From assembly GCA_964503955.1 (NCBI GenBank), contig CAZDCG010000002.1, positions 205,047 to 269,046 of the forward strand: 64,000 nucleotides of DNA, written 5' to 3'. This DNA comes from an uncultured Gammaproteobacteria bacterium (GTDB lineage Bacteria > Patescibacteriota > Patescibacteriia > VMEV01 > CAYQCH01). The notes beneath the pieces are model-generated. The model saw only the letters and a list, made by a program, of their open reading frames with translations, searched no databases and was not told the origin of the DNA. Of this stretch, positions 44,885 to 57,568 are shown piece after piece; position 1 is the first letter of the stretch; every line of letters begins with the position of its first letter. The position numbers and the translations under genes are program-made.

Positions 44885-46286
44885 CCGCAAACACCCTGGC
44901 TTTATTCCCAAAGAACCTCATCAGCATAAGCCGCTGGATTTTCCTGAACATTTTCTATGGGGCGCGGCAACCTCCGCGCATCAGATTGAAGGTTGGAATG
45001 ACAAAAACGACTGGTGGGAGTGGGAGCATAAGAGCGGAACAATCGCTGACGGACAATTGTCGGGACGCGGACCGGATCATTATCATCTGTATAAAAAGGA
45101 TCATGATCTGCTAGAAGCTCTTTCGCTTGGCGCGTACCGTCTTTCTATTGAATGGAGCAGGATTGAGCCAACACCGGGGAAATTCAATGAGGAAGCGATT
45201 CAGCACTACCATGACGTTCTTGCTGACCTAAAACGGCGCGGCATCAAAGTCATGCTAACGCTGCATCATTTCACCATTCCGCAATGGTTTGCCCGCAAAG
45301 GGGGATTTGAAAAGAGGAGAAATGTTGCGGATTTTGTCAGATATGCAGAACGGTGTTTTGACGAATACCGTGATCTGGTTGATTTCTGGATAACCATCAA
45401 CGAACCGAATATTTATTCAATGATGTCGTATCTGCTTGGGATCTGGCCGCCTGGCAAGATTTCCTATTGGAGCTGTTATAACGTATTCGCGAATCTGGCC
45501 GCCGCCCATAAGGAAGTTTACAAATACATGCATGCGCAAAAAGCGGATGTTCAGGTTGGCGTTGCCATGAATGTGACATCTTTTTATAACTACAATAATC
45601 GATCGCTATTCGGCTGGCTCAGTGTGAATGTGATGGATTGGGTCTGGAATCATTGGTTTCTTGAAAAGACAGCCGGTACGCATGATTATCTGGGGATGAA
45701 CTATTATGTCCACAAACGCGTAAAAGGGATCAGCTCGCGTAATCTCGGCGCGCTCATGCGGGATAATCAAGGGGAGGGCAGAGAGAGGACGGATCTGGAT
45801 TGGGAGATCTTTGCGCCGGGTTTTTTTGACGCGCTGGTGAATTATTCGCAATACAAATTGCCGATATATGTAACCGAGAACGGGATCTCAACGTTGAATG
45901 ACCATGAGCGAGCGCGGTATATCGTTTCCTATGTGAAAGAGCTCTATCACGCCGTGAAAACCGGCGTGGATGTCCGCGGCTATTTCTATTGGTCCCTTAT
46001 GGACAATTTTGAGTGGGACAAGGGCTATAAATCACGTTTCGGATTGGTGAAAGTGGATTATCGAACACTTGAAAGAGAAATTCGGGCCAGCGCCAGACTC
46101 TACGGCCGTATCGCGGAACGAAACGGGATAGAACATGATTTGCTTAGATTTGTGGGGCATGGGGTTGATCCGGAAGCTTTTCTGAAAGAACGACAATCTG
46201 AGGAAGGGGAACCAGAGGAATATGCGTTTCCGAGAAGCCGTCAAAACGGGCGGACAAGGCGGAAGACGAACCGCCGTCAAGATTAA
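44874..46286 (+). CDS. Glycoside hydrolase family 1 (beta-glucosidase-like).
   Basis: FLWGAATSAHQIEGW (GH1 N-terminal signature), TINEPN (acid/base Glu) and YVTENG (nucleophile Glu). The low-complexity basic C-terminal tail may be over-extended. Confidence 0.85.
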   Translation: MPNNRKHPGFIPKEPHQHKPLDFPEHFLWGAATSAHQIEGWNDKNDWWEWEHKSGTIADGQLSGRGPDHYHLYKKDHDLLEALSLGAYRLSIEWSRIEPTPGKFNEEAIQHYHDVLADLKRRGIKVMLTLHHFTIPQWFARKGGFEKRRNVADFVRYAERCFDEYRDLVDFWITINEPNIYSMMSYLLGIWPPGKISYWSCYNVFANLAAAHKEVYKYMHAQKADVQVGVAMNVTSFYNYNNRSLFGWLSVNVMDWVWNHWFLEKTAGTHDYLGMNYYVHKRVKGISSRNLGALMRDNQGEGRERTDLDWEIFAPGFFDALVNYSQYKLPIYVTENGISTLNDHERARYIVSYVKELYHAVKTGVDVRGYFYWSLMDNFEWDKGYKSRFGLVKVDYRTLEREIRASARLYGRIAERNGIEHDLLRFVGHGVDPEAFLKERQSEEGEPEEYAFPRSRQNGRTRRKTNRRQD

Positions 46287-46938
46287 GCGCTGATTCAAGC
46301 GGGAGCTCTTCAAGCAAGAGATTTGCTGCCTGGTAAAGGGTGACCGTACTGCGGTCGAAGATGATCACATAAAAGGCTTTGTCAGACCCGGTGGCAACGA
46401 TGGTCCTGCGGGCTGATTGGCCCGAATCTTCTCGAATTGCTGGTTGAGCATTTTTTATCAGAAAGGGGAATGTCTGAATCGCGGACAGGCCCGCAAGATC
46501 GGTTGGCAGGGTAGAGACAATCGATGCCGTACTGTTTCCCATGAGAAGGTATCCTGACTGGTTCTCATCATAGCTTCTGGTTCCTCTTTCCTCGCCGTCA
46601 ATAATCAGTCTGCCGGTCGGTTGTGACGCTTCATCAAAATACCCTCCGTTGAACAAAAGGCTGCGGTTTGGCTGCCGCAGTACCCATTCCTCTATGTGTT
46701 TTGGCTCGGTTTCATGAAATAATTGAGCTTGAATCAAATCAGTTTTAAGCCGATATGCCGTAAAGAATACGCTCCTTTCTCCGAGTTGCTTGCTGAATTC
46801 CTTGCGGGAGAAGGCAGGAGAAAGCTGCTCCCATTCCATCGCTTGCTCGGGAGAGGGCGAGATGCGTTCAGGGATCCGGCAGCTGATTCCGGTTAAAGCG
46901 ATAAGCGCGAGCAGGATGAGTATGCGTTTCATGCGCAT
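46144..46938 (-). CDS. Secreted phosphodiester-glycosidase-like protein (DUF2233/NAGPA-like).
   Basis: 264 aa. Signal peptide is MRMKRILILLALIALTGISC. The ...NLDGGSSSAL motif is typical of the family. It overlaps the GH1 3' end by 143 bp. Confidence 0.45.
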   Translation of the reverse strand: MRMKRILILLALIALTGISCRIPERISPSPEQAMEWEQLSPAFSRKEFSKQLGERSVFFTAYRLKTDLIQAQLFHETEPKHIEEWVLRQPNRSLLFNGGYFDEASQPTGRLIIDGEERGTRSYDENQSGYLLMGNSTASIVSTLPTDLAGLSAIQTFPFLIKNAQPAIREDSGQSARRTIVATGSDKAFYVIIFDRSTVTLYQAANLLLEELPLESALNLDGGSSSALSARFDGFSETHIPLVPLPQIVVLSEKLPDQPHAPQI

Positions 46939-46968
46939 GGGTTAATTCTGTGATATACTTATTTTACT

Positions 46969-47424
46969 ATGGATTCCGCCGAACATGTAATTTTTAATTA
47001 TTCGCAGATCAACGATTCTATTTTTTTAGGAACGAATTTCTGCTGTTCCGGTCATTTTTCCCAGGATCTTCTTGAGAAGGGGATTCGCGCTGATATCAGC
47101 CTTGAAGCTGAGAGATTGGACCAGCCCGGGGGCGTTGATTACTATTTGTGGCTCCCGACCATTGATCATACGGCTCCGACCATCAATGCTCTTGTTTTAG
47201 GGGTTCAGATGCTGCATGTGATGAGCCAAAGAAAAATCAAAACCTATATTCATTGTAAAAACGGGCATGGCAGAGCACCAACGCTTTTAGCGGCATATTT
47301 CATTTCGCAGGGACAAAGCGTGAAACAGGCAATTCGCACAATCGCCAAAAAACGGCCTGAAATACACATAGAGCCTGTGCAGGTGGCTACTCTTGAGGAA
47401 TTTAAGCGTACTGTTCGTTGGTAA
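46969..47424 (+). CDS. Dual-specificity/protein-tyrosine phosphatase.
   Basis: 151 aa. The CX5R active-site loop is HCKNGHGRAPT. Confidence 0.65.
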   Translation: MDSAEHVIFNYSQINDSIFLGTNFCCSGHFSQDLLEKGIRADISLEAERLDQPGGVDYYLWLPTIDHTAPTINALVLGVQMLHVMSQRKIKTYIHCKNGHGRAPTLLAAYFISQGQSVKQAIRTIAKKRPEIHIEPVQVATLEEFKRTVRW

Positions 47425-47959
47425 CCGTATGGGGACATTTATTCCGGTAAAACTTGTCAGAATAGTAACCATTATCGGCCTGGTCTTGGCTGTTATCTTG
47501 TTTATCGCGATGGCGGTTCTACAGGCAATTTACCAGCCGCCGGCAGCTCAACCTGAGGACGCTCCTGCTTATCAGCCAGAAATATCAGCTCCGGAAGCTT
47601 ATGAATTCCTGAACACGTATTTTGATCAAATAAAAAGAGGGAATATAGACATTCTATTGAGCGATTTCTGGACGGATTCCGTCAGAGGTGAGATCGTTGC
47701 AAAGTGCGCGGATCCTCTCGGCCAAACAACTGATTCCTTGACAGTTCTCTGGGGGAAATGCGCCTCGCTTTCCGGTATTCGCGTTGAGATCATCGACATT
47801 GTCAAAACCGACGACGGGTATGAAGCTCTGATTCAGCTATACGATGCGAATGATCAAATTGCCGGCGTGGAGCTCAGGCCGGAGCGCGCGCTGGGGCTTC
47901 GTGTCCGCTTGATGCAGACCGATCAGGGATTACGTACTCCTGATTGGTATTTCCTTTAA
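47393..47959 (+). CDS. Hypothetical membrane-anchored protein.
   Basis: 188 aa, with a single TM (IVTIIGLVLAVILFIAMAV). Confidence 0.4.
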   Translation: MRNLSVLFVGNRMGTFIPVKLVRIVTIIGLVLAVILFIAMAVLQAIYQPPAAQPEDAPAYQPEISAPEAYEFLNTYFDQIKRGNIDILLSDFWTDSVRGEIVAKCADPLGQTTDSLTVLWGKCASLSGIRVEIIDIVKTDDGYEALIQLYDANDQIAGVELRPERALGLRVRLMQTDQGLRTPDWYFL

Positions 47960-47992
47960 GGAAATCTCCTTGAATAACTATCAATAAACCTT

Positions 47993-48334
47993 ATGATTTG
48001 GATTCTTCGCCTCTTGATCAATGCTGCCGCCCTGATGGCTCTTCCGTATCTCATCAACGGCATTCAGGTAGAGAGCTTTTATATCGCTGTTGTCACGGCG
48101 GTCATTCTTGGCTTAATCAATATTTCGATCAAGCCGCTTGTGCACTTTTTAACCTTGCCGTTGAGTGTCTTAACTCTTGGCGTTTTTGCATTGATTGTGA
48201 ACGGGCTATTCTTCTGGTTTGTCGCAAGTTTTATCGATGGTTTTGCCGTAGCCGGTTTCTGGCCGGCTTTTTGGGGGGCATTGGTTATGACTCTGGTCTC
48301 ATGGATGACAAATCAGCTTTTGGATACAAAGTGA
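47993..48334 (+). CDS. Four-TM membrane protein of the DUF360/phage-holin-4-like family.
   Basis: 113 aa. The pattern INAAALMALPYL...GFWPAFWGALVMTLVSW is typical of the YvlD/DUF360 family. Confidence 0.45.
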   Translation: MIWILRLLINAAALMALPYLINGIQVESFYIAVVTAVILGLINISIKPLVHFLTLPLSVLTLGVFALIVNGLFFWFVASFIDGFAVAGFWPAFWGALVMTLVSWMTNQLLDTK

Positions 48335-48335
48335 T

Positions 48336-49262
48336 TTACTCGCAGCGTTTGCCAAGGAGTTGTTGATATCCTCTCAGGAAAGCGTCCGCAGAAAGGACGC
48401 TTTTTCCTTCCGGCTGCAAAAGCGTGATTTGCAGCGGAGCGTCGGAAGCCTGAATATAGAGATGATCGTCTGCCGCAAAGACGGTACCGGGTGCATGGGG
48501 CTGGTCGGTTTGCGGTACGAGGTTTGCTTGTAAAATCTTTATGCGAGGACCGTCTTCAAACTTTGTCCAAGCAATGGGTTTGTCGTAATACGCCCGGATC
48601 TGGCGGTCGATCTGAGCGGCGGTTTTCTTCCAATCAATTTTTGCGTCCTCTTTGGAGATCAGCTTTGTATAGGTTGCCTGCTCATGATCCTGCTCAAGAG
48701 GCTTTAGTTTGCCTTTGAGGATGTCAGGGAGGCACTTTGTCAATGTATCTGCTCCTTCCTGGGCCAATTTTGCGTGCAGCGACTGATAGGTGTCGGCAGG
48801 CGATATGGGGACATGTTTGATGAAATAAACCGGACCATGATCCATTTTTTCATCCATTTGCATAATCGAAATCCCTGAGACTTCATCGCCGTGCAGAATC
48901 GCGGATTGAATCGGGCTTGCGCCGCGATGAAAAGGGAGGATTGATCCATGCACATTAATCGCGCCTTGCTTTGGAATCGCCAGCAAATCTTTTGAGATAA
49001 TCTGCCCGTAAGCCGCGACGATGAATACATCAGGGTTAAGGTCGGTCAGAAGCTGTTTGAGTTCCTCGGCGCGCTCAGGCTGGGCGATTCTCAGCCGGTG
49101 ATGGTCGCAAACATCCTTTACCGGGGGAGGAGTAATGGTTTGTTTTCTGCCAACTGGGCGGTCCGGCTGGGTAACTACCAGCTCCGGAAAATAAAAATCG
49201 CTGAGCAGCTTCTCTAATATGGCGACAGCGAAATCGGATGTACCAAAAAAGACGAATTTCAT
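48336..49262 (-). CDS. fmt: Methionyl-tRNA formyltransferase.
   Basis: 308 aa. MKFVFFGTSDFAV..., the SLLP-like motif (GSILPFHRGASPIQ) and the C-terminal Fmt domain are present. It is adjacent to def. Confidence 0.85.
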   Translation of the reverse strand: MKFVFFGTSDFAVAILEKLLSDFYFPELVVTQPDRPVGRKQTITPPPVKDVCDHHRLRIAQPERAEELKQLLTDLNPDVFIVAAYGQIISKDLLAIPKQGAINVHGSILPFHRGASPIQSAILHGDEVSGISIMQMDEKMDHGPVYFIKHVPISPADTYQSLHAKLAQEGADTLTKCLPDILKGKLKPLEQDHEQATYTKLISKEDAKIDWKKTAAQIDRQIRAYYDKPIAWTKFEDGPRIKILQANLVPQTDQPHAPGTVFAADDHLYIQASDAPLQITLLQPEGKSVLSADAFLRGYQQLLGKRCE

Positions 49263-49277
49263 AAAAAAGAAGCCCTG

Positions 49278-49775
49278 TTAAAGGGCGGGCGCAATTTCAG
49301 GGATTTCAGCGCGGTCAAAATCTTCGATCCGGTCGATAAAGAGCACGCCGTTGAGATGGTCAATTTCGTGCTGGATCACGCGCGCAAAAAGCCCCTTGGC
49401 ATCATGAACCTGCGGGTTGCCATCAATGTCAAGACTTTCAACAACGATTGACTTGCTTCGTTTTACAAATCCGAATTCTCCGGGAACGCTGAGACAGCCT
49501 TCTTCACCCAGTTCCTCCTCTTTAGAGCGTGAAACGATTTCCGGATTGACAAAGGGGATGGCTCCGCCTTTTGTTTCGACGACGATGACGCGCGCGTCAA
49601 CGCCCACCTGAATGGCGGCTAGTCCGATGCCATTTTCCTTTCGCATGGTATGAGCCATGTCCATGACAAGCTCCTTGACGCCTTCAGCCTGAACATCCTG
49701 AACGGGTTTTGCGGTACGGCGCAAAAACGGGTCAGGTTCGGCAAGGACACGCAATCTTTTCGGTTTTTTAGGCAT
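49278..49775 (-). CDS. def: Peptide deformylase.
   Basis: 165 aa. The motifs are GIGLAAIQVG, EGCLSVPG and HEIDHLNG. Confidence 0.9.
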   Translation of the reverse strand: MPKKPKRLRVLAEPDPFLRRTAKPVQDVQAEGVKELVMDMAHTMRKENGIGLAAIQVGVDARVIVVETKGGAIPFVNPEIVSRSKEEELGEEGCLSVPGEFGFVKRSKSIVVESLDIDGNPQVHDAKGLFARVIQHEIDHLNGVLFIDRIEDFDRAEIPEIAPAL

Positions 49776-49777
49776 GG

Positions 49778-51649
49778 TTAGGCAAACGGCGTTAAATCGA
49801 TAATAAGCCTACTATAAACAGATTTTAATGATTTGTCAAGGTTGTAGCTGGACAGGATCTTTGGGGTGAGAAGATCCCAGCGAAGAGATTTTTTCCCTTG
49901 TTTATCAAGCTCTTCGCTTGGTCCGATAAAACTGATTCCTTCGTTGCTAAGTTCCTGCAGCACTGACGTGATTTTTTTCACTTCAGGCAATTCTGCGTGT
50001 TTTGGATCACGCAGAATAAGGCGGCTTGCATGGCGGAAAGGCGGAAAGCCAAAACTCTTGCGCGCGGCAAGCTCTTTGACGAGAAAAGAAGGGTAGTCGC
50101 GGCTGATGATTTGTTCAACCAGGGGCGAATGTTCAGGAAGCCTTGTTTGGACAGTCACGCGGGCCTGGAAGTAATCATGCGCTTCAATGGCGGCCTGCTG
50201 GATCGTTGTAAGAAACTGTTCGCTTGCCCGGTAATCGGGCGCAAAGAGCTGGTTTTCTGGGTTGAAGAGAATTACATCGGAAAGGTTTTTCACTCCCGCA
50301 TAATAGAGCTTCTTGAGAAGTCCTGGTGTTGTGATGTAGATGCCTTGCGCATGCGTATCGGCTTTTTCAAGCAGGCCGCTTGTGATGGGGATGAGTTTCC
50401 AGGAAAAAGGAGCAAGAGCGGTCATGACACCCTGGATACCGGCTCCAAACGGAAGAATTCTTGGTCCGCCGCATTGTGGGCAGACAACAGGCAATGGGAA
50501 TTCTTTTTCGCATTGCGGGCAGCGAAGTTTATCAGCATAAACCTGTAAAGTTTTCGCGCATCCGTCGCAATACCATTGATGGCGGCAATTCAGACAGTGA
50601 AGCGTCCGGCCAAGCCCTTTGTGTGAAACCACAATCGCGGCTGAGGAACCCTTTTCCTGAACCGTTTCAAGCAGCTCTTCAATCGACGGATGCAGGAGAG
50701 GCTTTGACGATTCGTGATAGACGATTGAAAGAGGAGGAAGAGCTGGGGAAAGGCGGTTGAATCTCCGGCCGGCTGCTGTTTCCACCCGCGGCGCATAAGC
50801 AACAAAGAAAAGTTTTGCCTTAAGCTGCTCAGCAAGCAGGCGGGCGGCGATGCGATTATCAAGAAATGGAAGGGCGTCCCATTGCTTATGCTCCGGCTTT
50901 TCTTCCTGATCCACGACAATGGTTGCTAAGTCTGGCAATGGGGCAAAGAGGGCTGAGCGCGTACCGATAATCACCTGATTGCCTTGTTTCATTTCTTCCC
51001 AGATCCTTGTCTGGGCGGACTTGCTTTGATCATGTCCTTTCCAGAGAATGCACCTTTTTTCCGAGTCGTGGAGGAGATTTGCCAATTCCAAGGCGTCAAT
51101 AAACTGCGGGGTTATAATCAAAACACTGCCTTGCGAAGAGCGGATGAGCTCTCGATAGGCGGAAATTTTTTGACTCAAGGAGAAAACCTGCAGAATGGCG
51201 GAACGGTCTTTCTTGTCTGTTTCAAACCCTGTTGGGATCGGTTTGATCAGCACCGGAGGAGGGGAAATCTGCAGAGTATCCGCTGGAGGATGTTTCTCCT
51301 TTGCTGCGCGCGTCAACAGATGGGGAGCAAAGGTGAAAAAAAGGAGAGAAAGCGGAACATTGTACCATTTAGCAAGTATTTGTACGGTTTTGATATGCTC
51401 TCTTGTCCAACTTGGCGAGCTTTCCATGAGGGCTGAAACAGGTTTGATCTGTTTCCATGCGCTTGTTTCCGTGCGCGCGGTCACAACCCCGAATATTTGT
51501 CCGTTCCGAAAGGGAACTTTTACAATCGATCCGACGGTGATCGACGCGGCAATGTCTTTATCGTCAACCCGGTACGTAAAAACAGAAGCTGCATGCGGCA
51601 GCCTCTTGAACGGAACAACATCGACGAAAAAAGGTTTATTTGCGGACAT
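49778..51649 (-). CDS. priA: Primosomal protein N' (PriA), reduced form.
   Basis: 623 aa. It has the N-terminal 3'-DNA-binding domain, a partial helicase core, and Cys4 zinc-binding motifs (CLNCRHQ...CDGC; CPQCEKE...CPQCGG). Confidence 0.75.
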   Translation of the reverse strand: MSANKPFFVDVVPFKRLPHAASVFTYRVDDKDIAASITVGSIVKVPFRNGQIFGVVTARTETSAWKQIKPVSALMESSPSWTREHIKTVQILAKWYNVPLSLLFFTFAPHLLTRAAKEKHPPADTLQISPPPVLIKPIPTGFETDKKDRSAILQVFSLSQKISAYRELIRSSQGSVLIITPQFIDALELANLLHDSEKRCILWKGHDQSKSAQTRIWEEMKQGNQVIIGTRSALFAPLPDLATIVVDQEEKPEHKQWDALPFLDNRIAARLLAEQLKAKLFFVAYAPRVETAAGRRFNRLSPALPPLSIVYHESSKPLLHPSIEELLETVQEKGSSAAIVVSHKGLGRTLHCLNCRHQWYCDGCAKTLQVYADKLRCPQCEKEFPLPVVCPQCGGPRILPFGAGIQGVMTALAPFSWKLIPITSGLLEKADTHAQGIYITTPGLLKKLYYAGVKNLSDVILFNPENQLFAPDYRASEQFLTTIQQAAIEAHDYFQARVTVQTRLPEHSPLVEQIISRDYPSFLVKELAARKSFGFPPFRHASRLILRDPKHAELPEVKKITSVLQELSNEGISFIGPSEELDKQGKKSLRWDLLTPKILSSYNLDKSLKSVYSRLIIDLTPFA

Positions 51650-52370
51650 ATTGGCCGATAAGCAAAGGCGTTTCTTGCATATCCCAGTACAACTCCTGGT
51701 AGAGGCACTCGTTCTTGATCAGCTCGATAAGAAGTTCATACGCGGCGAAGAAATCAGGGGGGATCGTTTCCGGCTCAGAAGGGTGGTCGGCCAGCGACTG
51801 CATATGCAATATCTGCTCGCGAAGCGCATGGCAGTAAGCAAGAAAATGCTGTTTTTTCTTCTGATCAGAAAAACCAAATGAGATTGGCAGCAAAAGAGCA
51901 TAAGGCTCATTTGCAAGTTCTTCTTTGATGGATTCAGTAATGATCTGAGACTGCTTTTGATCGGGAAAACCCGTCAAATGCAGAGGAAGAATACTCGTCT
52001 GGTTTAAACCTTCGGGAAAGAGCGCATGAAGCACAAGGCTTGTCTGATATCCGATGTGAGGATAATCAATCGGCTCGGCAAGAGATCCCAGTTTTGGCAT
52101 GAGCCGGTGGTAGGCATCCCACCAGAAAGGTGCATCTTCATCAATGGACAGATTTCCAAGGTCCTTGAGCGTGATCTGCAATTTTGGGTGTACCTGCATT
52201 GCAAGGATCCCTTGCCGCTCGACATCAGCTTCTCCGCGCAAAATGAGAAGTTTTTTTATCGAACGGTTTTGCAATTCGCGCCGGACGGCTGTAAGAGCCT
52301 TGGTCAGCGCGCCATTGTTTTGCTCCAGCAAAAGCGGGGAACTGGAAATGAGAGCGGCGTATGCGAGCAT
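51636..52370 (-). CDS. Hypothetical protein.
   Basis: 244-aa ORF in an operon with priA. No motif recognised. Confidence 0.4.
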   Translation of the reverse strand: MLAYAALISSSPLLLEQNNGALTKALTAVRRELQNRSIKKLLILRGEADVERQGILAMQVHPKLQITLKDLGNLSIDEDAPFWWDAYHRLMPKLGSLAEPIDYPHIGYQTSLVLHALFPEGLNQTSILPLHLTGFPDQKQSQIITESIKEELANEPYALLLPISFGFSDQKKKQHFLAYCHALREQILHMQSLADHPSEPETIPPDFFAAYELLIELIKNECLYQELYWDMQETPLLIGQYVRK

Positions 52371-52375
52371 AGAAG

Positions 52376-53794
52376 CTAGAGAGATTGCTGGTGTTCATCC
52401 GCCATCTCAGATGCTTCTTCATCTGTGATCGGCGAGGATACCGTGATCATATCTCCCGTCTGGTGAAGGATGAGGAGCTGATCTGAAATTGTCTGGATGC
52501 GGTCCCATTTGTACCCGAGCGAATTGAAGGTATACTCTGAATCAATCGGATGTTTTTTCCCATTTGAAATCACGTACACGGTCGGATCGGACGGACTTTT
52601 GACCAGGTAACCGTCTTTAAGCATGACAGGCGCCCCTTTTGTATAGCGGGACAATTCCTCTACAGTACCTTTGCGCACACGCAAATTCGGAAAATTGAGC
52701 GTAAGCAGTTCTGGGGCTACAAGAGGGGATTTCACGCCGTTTTTAACGAAATAGATGCCGTAGGTTTCCGGGTCCTGAATCAGGCTGCCTAGCGGTTCAA
52801 GCGACGCGCTGGTAATGGGAGCGCCTTCTTTGAAGAAATCAAGTTCAGCCGGGGTGACATCAACGACTTCATCTTCTGTATAACCGAGCTGGCGGAAGAC
52901 AAAGTCATCCGCAATCAGGCGGCGCTCATTATCAACCAGCAAATAGACCTGCCCATTGGCGAGACGCAGAATGCTTTGTTCAGGGTACGCAATAGGAGAG
53001 CCTGTCGGATACTGTTCAAGAGCCTGCAGCGGAACCTGAATAATGTTTTCTTTATTATAACGTGTTGTTAGGGCCGACAGGCTGGTGAACGGATGCCGCA
53101 CGCCATTGCGGAGCAGCCAGACGCCTGGTTCGCCGTATGCCTGAAGCAATGAACCGTCCGGGTAGGAGAGGAGGGTTCCAAACCAGCTGTCCCAGAGGCG
53201 CGCAAAAAGTTTATTCCCTTGAATATGCGGCGTGTAATTGTACAATGCTGCGGTTGATGAATTTTTAATAAAGACTTCCTGTCCGTTGATCGTGTAGGTT
53301 GCTCCTGGTTTGTAATAGAATTGATCAATATTTTCAACAAAATACCGTGTTCTTGCCGCCGCATGGTCAAGCTGTTTTGAAAAGCCTTTGAATTTCATGA
53401 CAATCGGGTGTTCAGGCGAGCAGGAATCGCAAAGCGCATATCCCGTGGCCCAGCTTATTTGCGTATCATACGGCTCAGGATCGGTAATCAGGCCCTGTTC
53501 TTTTTGCAGAAGAACGAGGAGATAGCGCGGGTTGACCCTGTTTCGAAGCGCCGCGTCATGGATAATCATGGCCGCGGTTTTGAGGTGGCCGTCGATATCG
53601 ATATCAAAATAATTTTTGAGAACACCCGAGTGCTCATCAAGGAAATCCTGTATTTCCTCAACATTCATGGAGCCGTAGGCAAAGAGGTCTGCATCCTGGA
53701 TGATGAGGCCCGGATCGTATGTGAATGCGCGGGCAGGGGAAGCGAACGGAAAAACCAAAGAAATCACCAGAAAATAAAGGGGAATTTTTTTCAT
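52376..53794 (-). CDS. Secreted protein with four tandem repeats of about 60 aa, possibly cell-wall associated.
   Basis: Signal peptide MKKIPLYFLVISLVFPFASPARA. Repeat motifs are VWLLRNGVRHPF, VYLLVDNERRLI, IYFVKNGVKSPL and VYVISNGKKHPI. Confidence 0.5.
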   Translation of the reverse strand: MKKIPLYFLVISLVFPFASPARAFTYDPGLIIQDADLFAYGSMNVEEIQDFLDEHSGVLKNYFDIDIDGHLKTAAMIIHDAALRNRVNPRYLLVLLQKEQGLITDPEPYDTQISWATGYALCDSCSPEHPIVMKFKGFSKQLDHAAARTRYFVENIDQFYYKPGATYTINGQEVFIKNSSTAALYNYTPHIQGNKLFARLWDSWFGTLLSYPDGSLLQAYGEPGVWLLRNGVRHPFTSLSALTTRYNKENIIQVPLQALEQYPTGSPIAYPEQSILRLANGQVYLLVDNERRLIADDFVFRQLGYTEDEVVDVTPAELDFFKEGAPITSASLEPLGSLIQDPETYGIYFVKNGVKSPLVAPELLTLNFPNLRVRKGTVEELSRYTKGAPVMLKDGYLVKSPSDPTVYVISNGKKHPIDSEYTFNSLGYKWDRIQTISDQLLILHQTGDMITVSSPITDEEASEMADEHQQSL

Positions 53795-53861
53795 AGTGAA
53801 AAGATTTTAACACGCAAAACCTCGCCTGACAAATGAAAAAGGGCCGTTGCGGCCCTTTTTG

Positions 53862-56507
<2,646 letters not shown>

Positions 56508-56524
56508 AATGTGGGAATGGTGTT

Positions 56525-56600
56525 TTAGCACTCGCATTCGTTGAGTGCTAATCTCAGAATACTATGCCTGCTTTCATGGGTCAAGCGCGCGGATATCGCC
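56525..56600 (-). promoter_or_regulatory. Perfect CIRCE operator (TTAGCACTC-gcattcgtt-GAGTGCTAA) immediately downstream of a sigma70-like promoter (TTGACC, 17-bp spacer, TATTCT) for clpB.
   Basis: CIRCE is at 56525-56551. On the minus strand the sequence reads cTTGACCcatgaaagcaggcatagTATTCTgag. Confidence 0.8.
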
Positions 56601-56760
56601 ATAAATCAGTGCGCTCTGTCATAAAATTTTGACGTGCTTTTGCCACACAACACCATTGAATATTGTAACGTTTGATGAGGATACAGGCTGAAAAAAGGCT
56701 TATCTCAGCCTTGACATCTTTATCCTCACTGGTCACCATGGATCATTCCAAGGAGGAGAC

Positions 56761-57558
56761 ATGGCCAGAAGGAAACGATCGTTCTTTTTCATCATACCGT
56801 TGCTGGCGGCCGGATGTTCCGGGCTGCCTGAAGAGAGAGAACTTCCGCATCTGGACGCGGCCAATGAGACGATCATGGTTTACAGCGACCATGTCAGAGG
56901 GCGCATCGCGGAGCGGATGCTTGAACACCAGCGCCAGTCCCAGAATCTTGCCGATTTGATTGCCTTCTACGGAGACATCAAGGCCAACGGGCCCGGCTGG
57001 TTCGAGGAAGACAATGCCGAGACCAAGGCCTTTACCAGGGTTCTCTCGGTCATGACGCATATCCAGAGCTTGCAAGTTGCCAATGGCAATGACTTGTTCT
57101 CGGTTGCATGCGTGCAGGCTGAGGAGGCGATCCGGCTCAGGCAGCTGGCGGAGAAGTGCGGCGCGCAGGTCCCGCAGCGTACCAATTATCTGCTGCTTGC
57201 TCAGCAGTATGAGGAATTTTCCAAGCAGAACATCGCGCTTGGCGAATCCTTTTTCAAGAAGGCCCGCACGACGGGGAATGAGTACCACACCTTCCTGGTG
57301 CAGAACGGAAGGTTGCCGGACATCAACGTGGACGACACGCAGATCGTGATCAAGGAGCCGGTGGCTGTTCCGGTGCCTGTGATCCCGTTGCCCGTTCCGC
57401 CTCAGCCGCAAGAGCCCCCGGCTGCACCGGCACCGGATATCCAGCCTGAGCCCACACCAGCACCCGATCAGCAGCCGCCTGCCGCGCCTGAGGATCCTCC
57501 GGTTCGTCTGGGGCAACCGCTTTCCGGTCAACCCGCTCCAGCCGTTCCCCCCAAGTAG
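56761..57558 (+). CDS. Lipoprotein with a proline-rich C-terminus, in a compositionally GC-rich segment.
   Basis: The lipobox signal is FFFIIPLLAAGCSG. The C-terminal PVPVIPLPVPPQPQEPPAAPAP tract is present. Confidence 0.5.
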   Translation: MARRKRSFFFIIPLLAAGCSGLPEERELPHLDAANETIMVYSDHVRGRIAERMLEHQRQSQNLADLIAFYGDIKANGPGWFEEDNAETKAFTRVLSVMTHIQSLQVANGNDLFSVACVQAEEAIRLRQLAEKCGAQVPQRTNYLLLAQQYEEFSKQNIALGESFFKKARTTGNEYHTFLVQNGRLPDINVDDTQIVIKEPVAVPVPVIPLPVPPQPQEPPAAPAPDIQPEPTPAPDQQPPAAPEDPPVRLGQPLSGQPAPAVPPK

Positions 57559-57568
57559 GCTTGCCTGT

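Noticed and set aside
56508-56537. First in-frame ATG of clpB at 56537.
   Set aside because: It lies inside the CIRCE operator. The conserved ClpB N-terminus begins at the downstream Met (56507).
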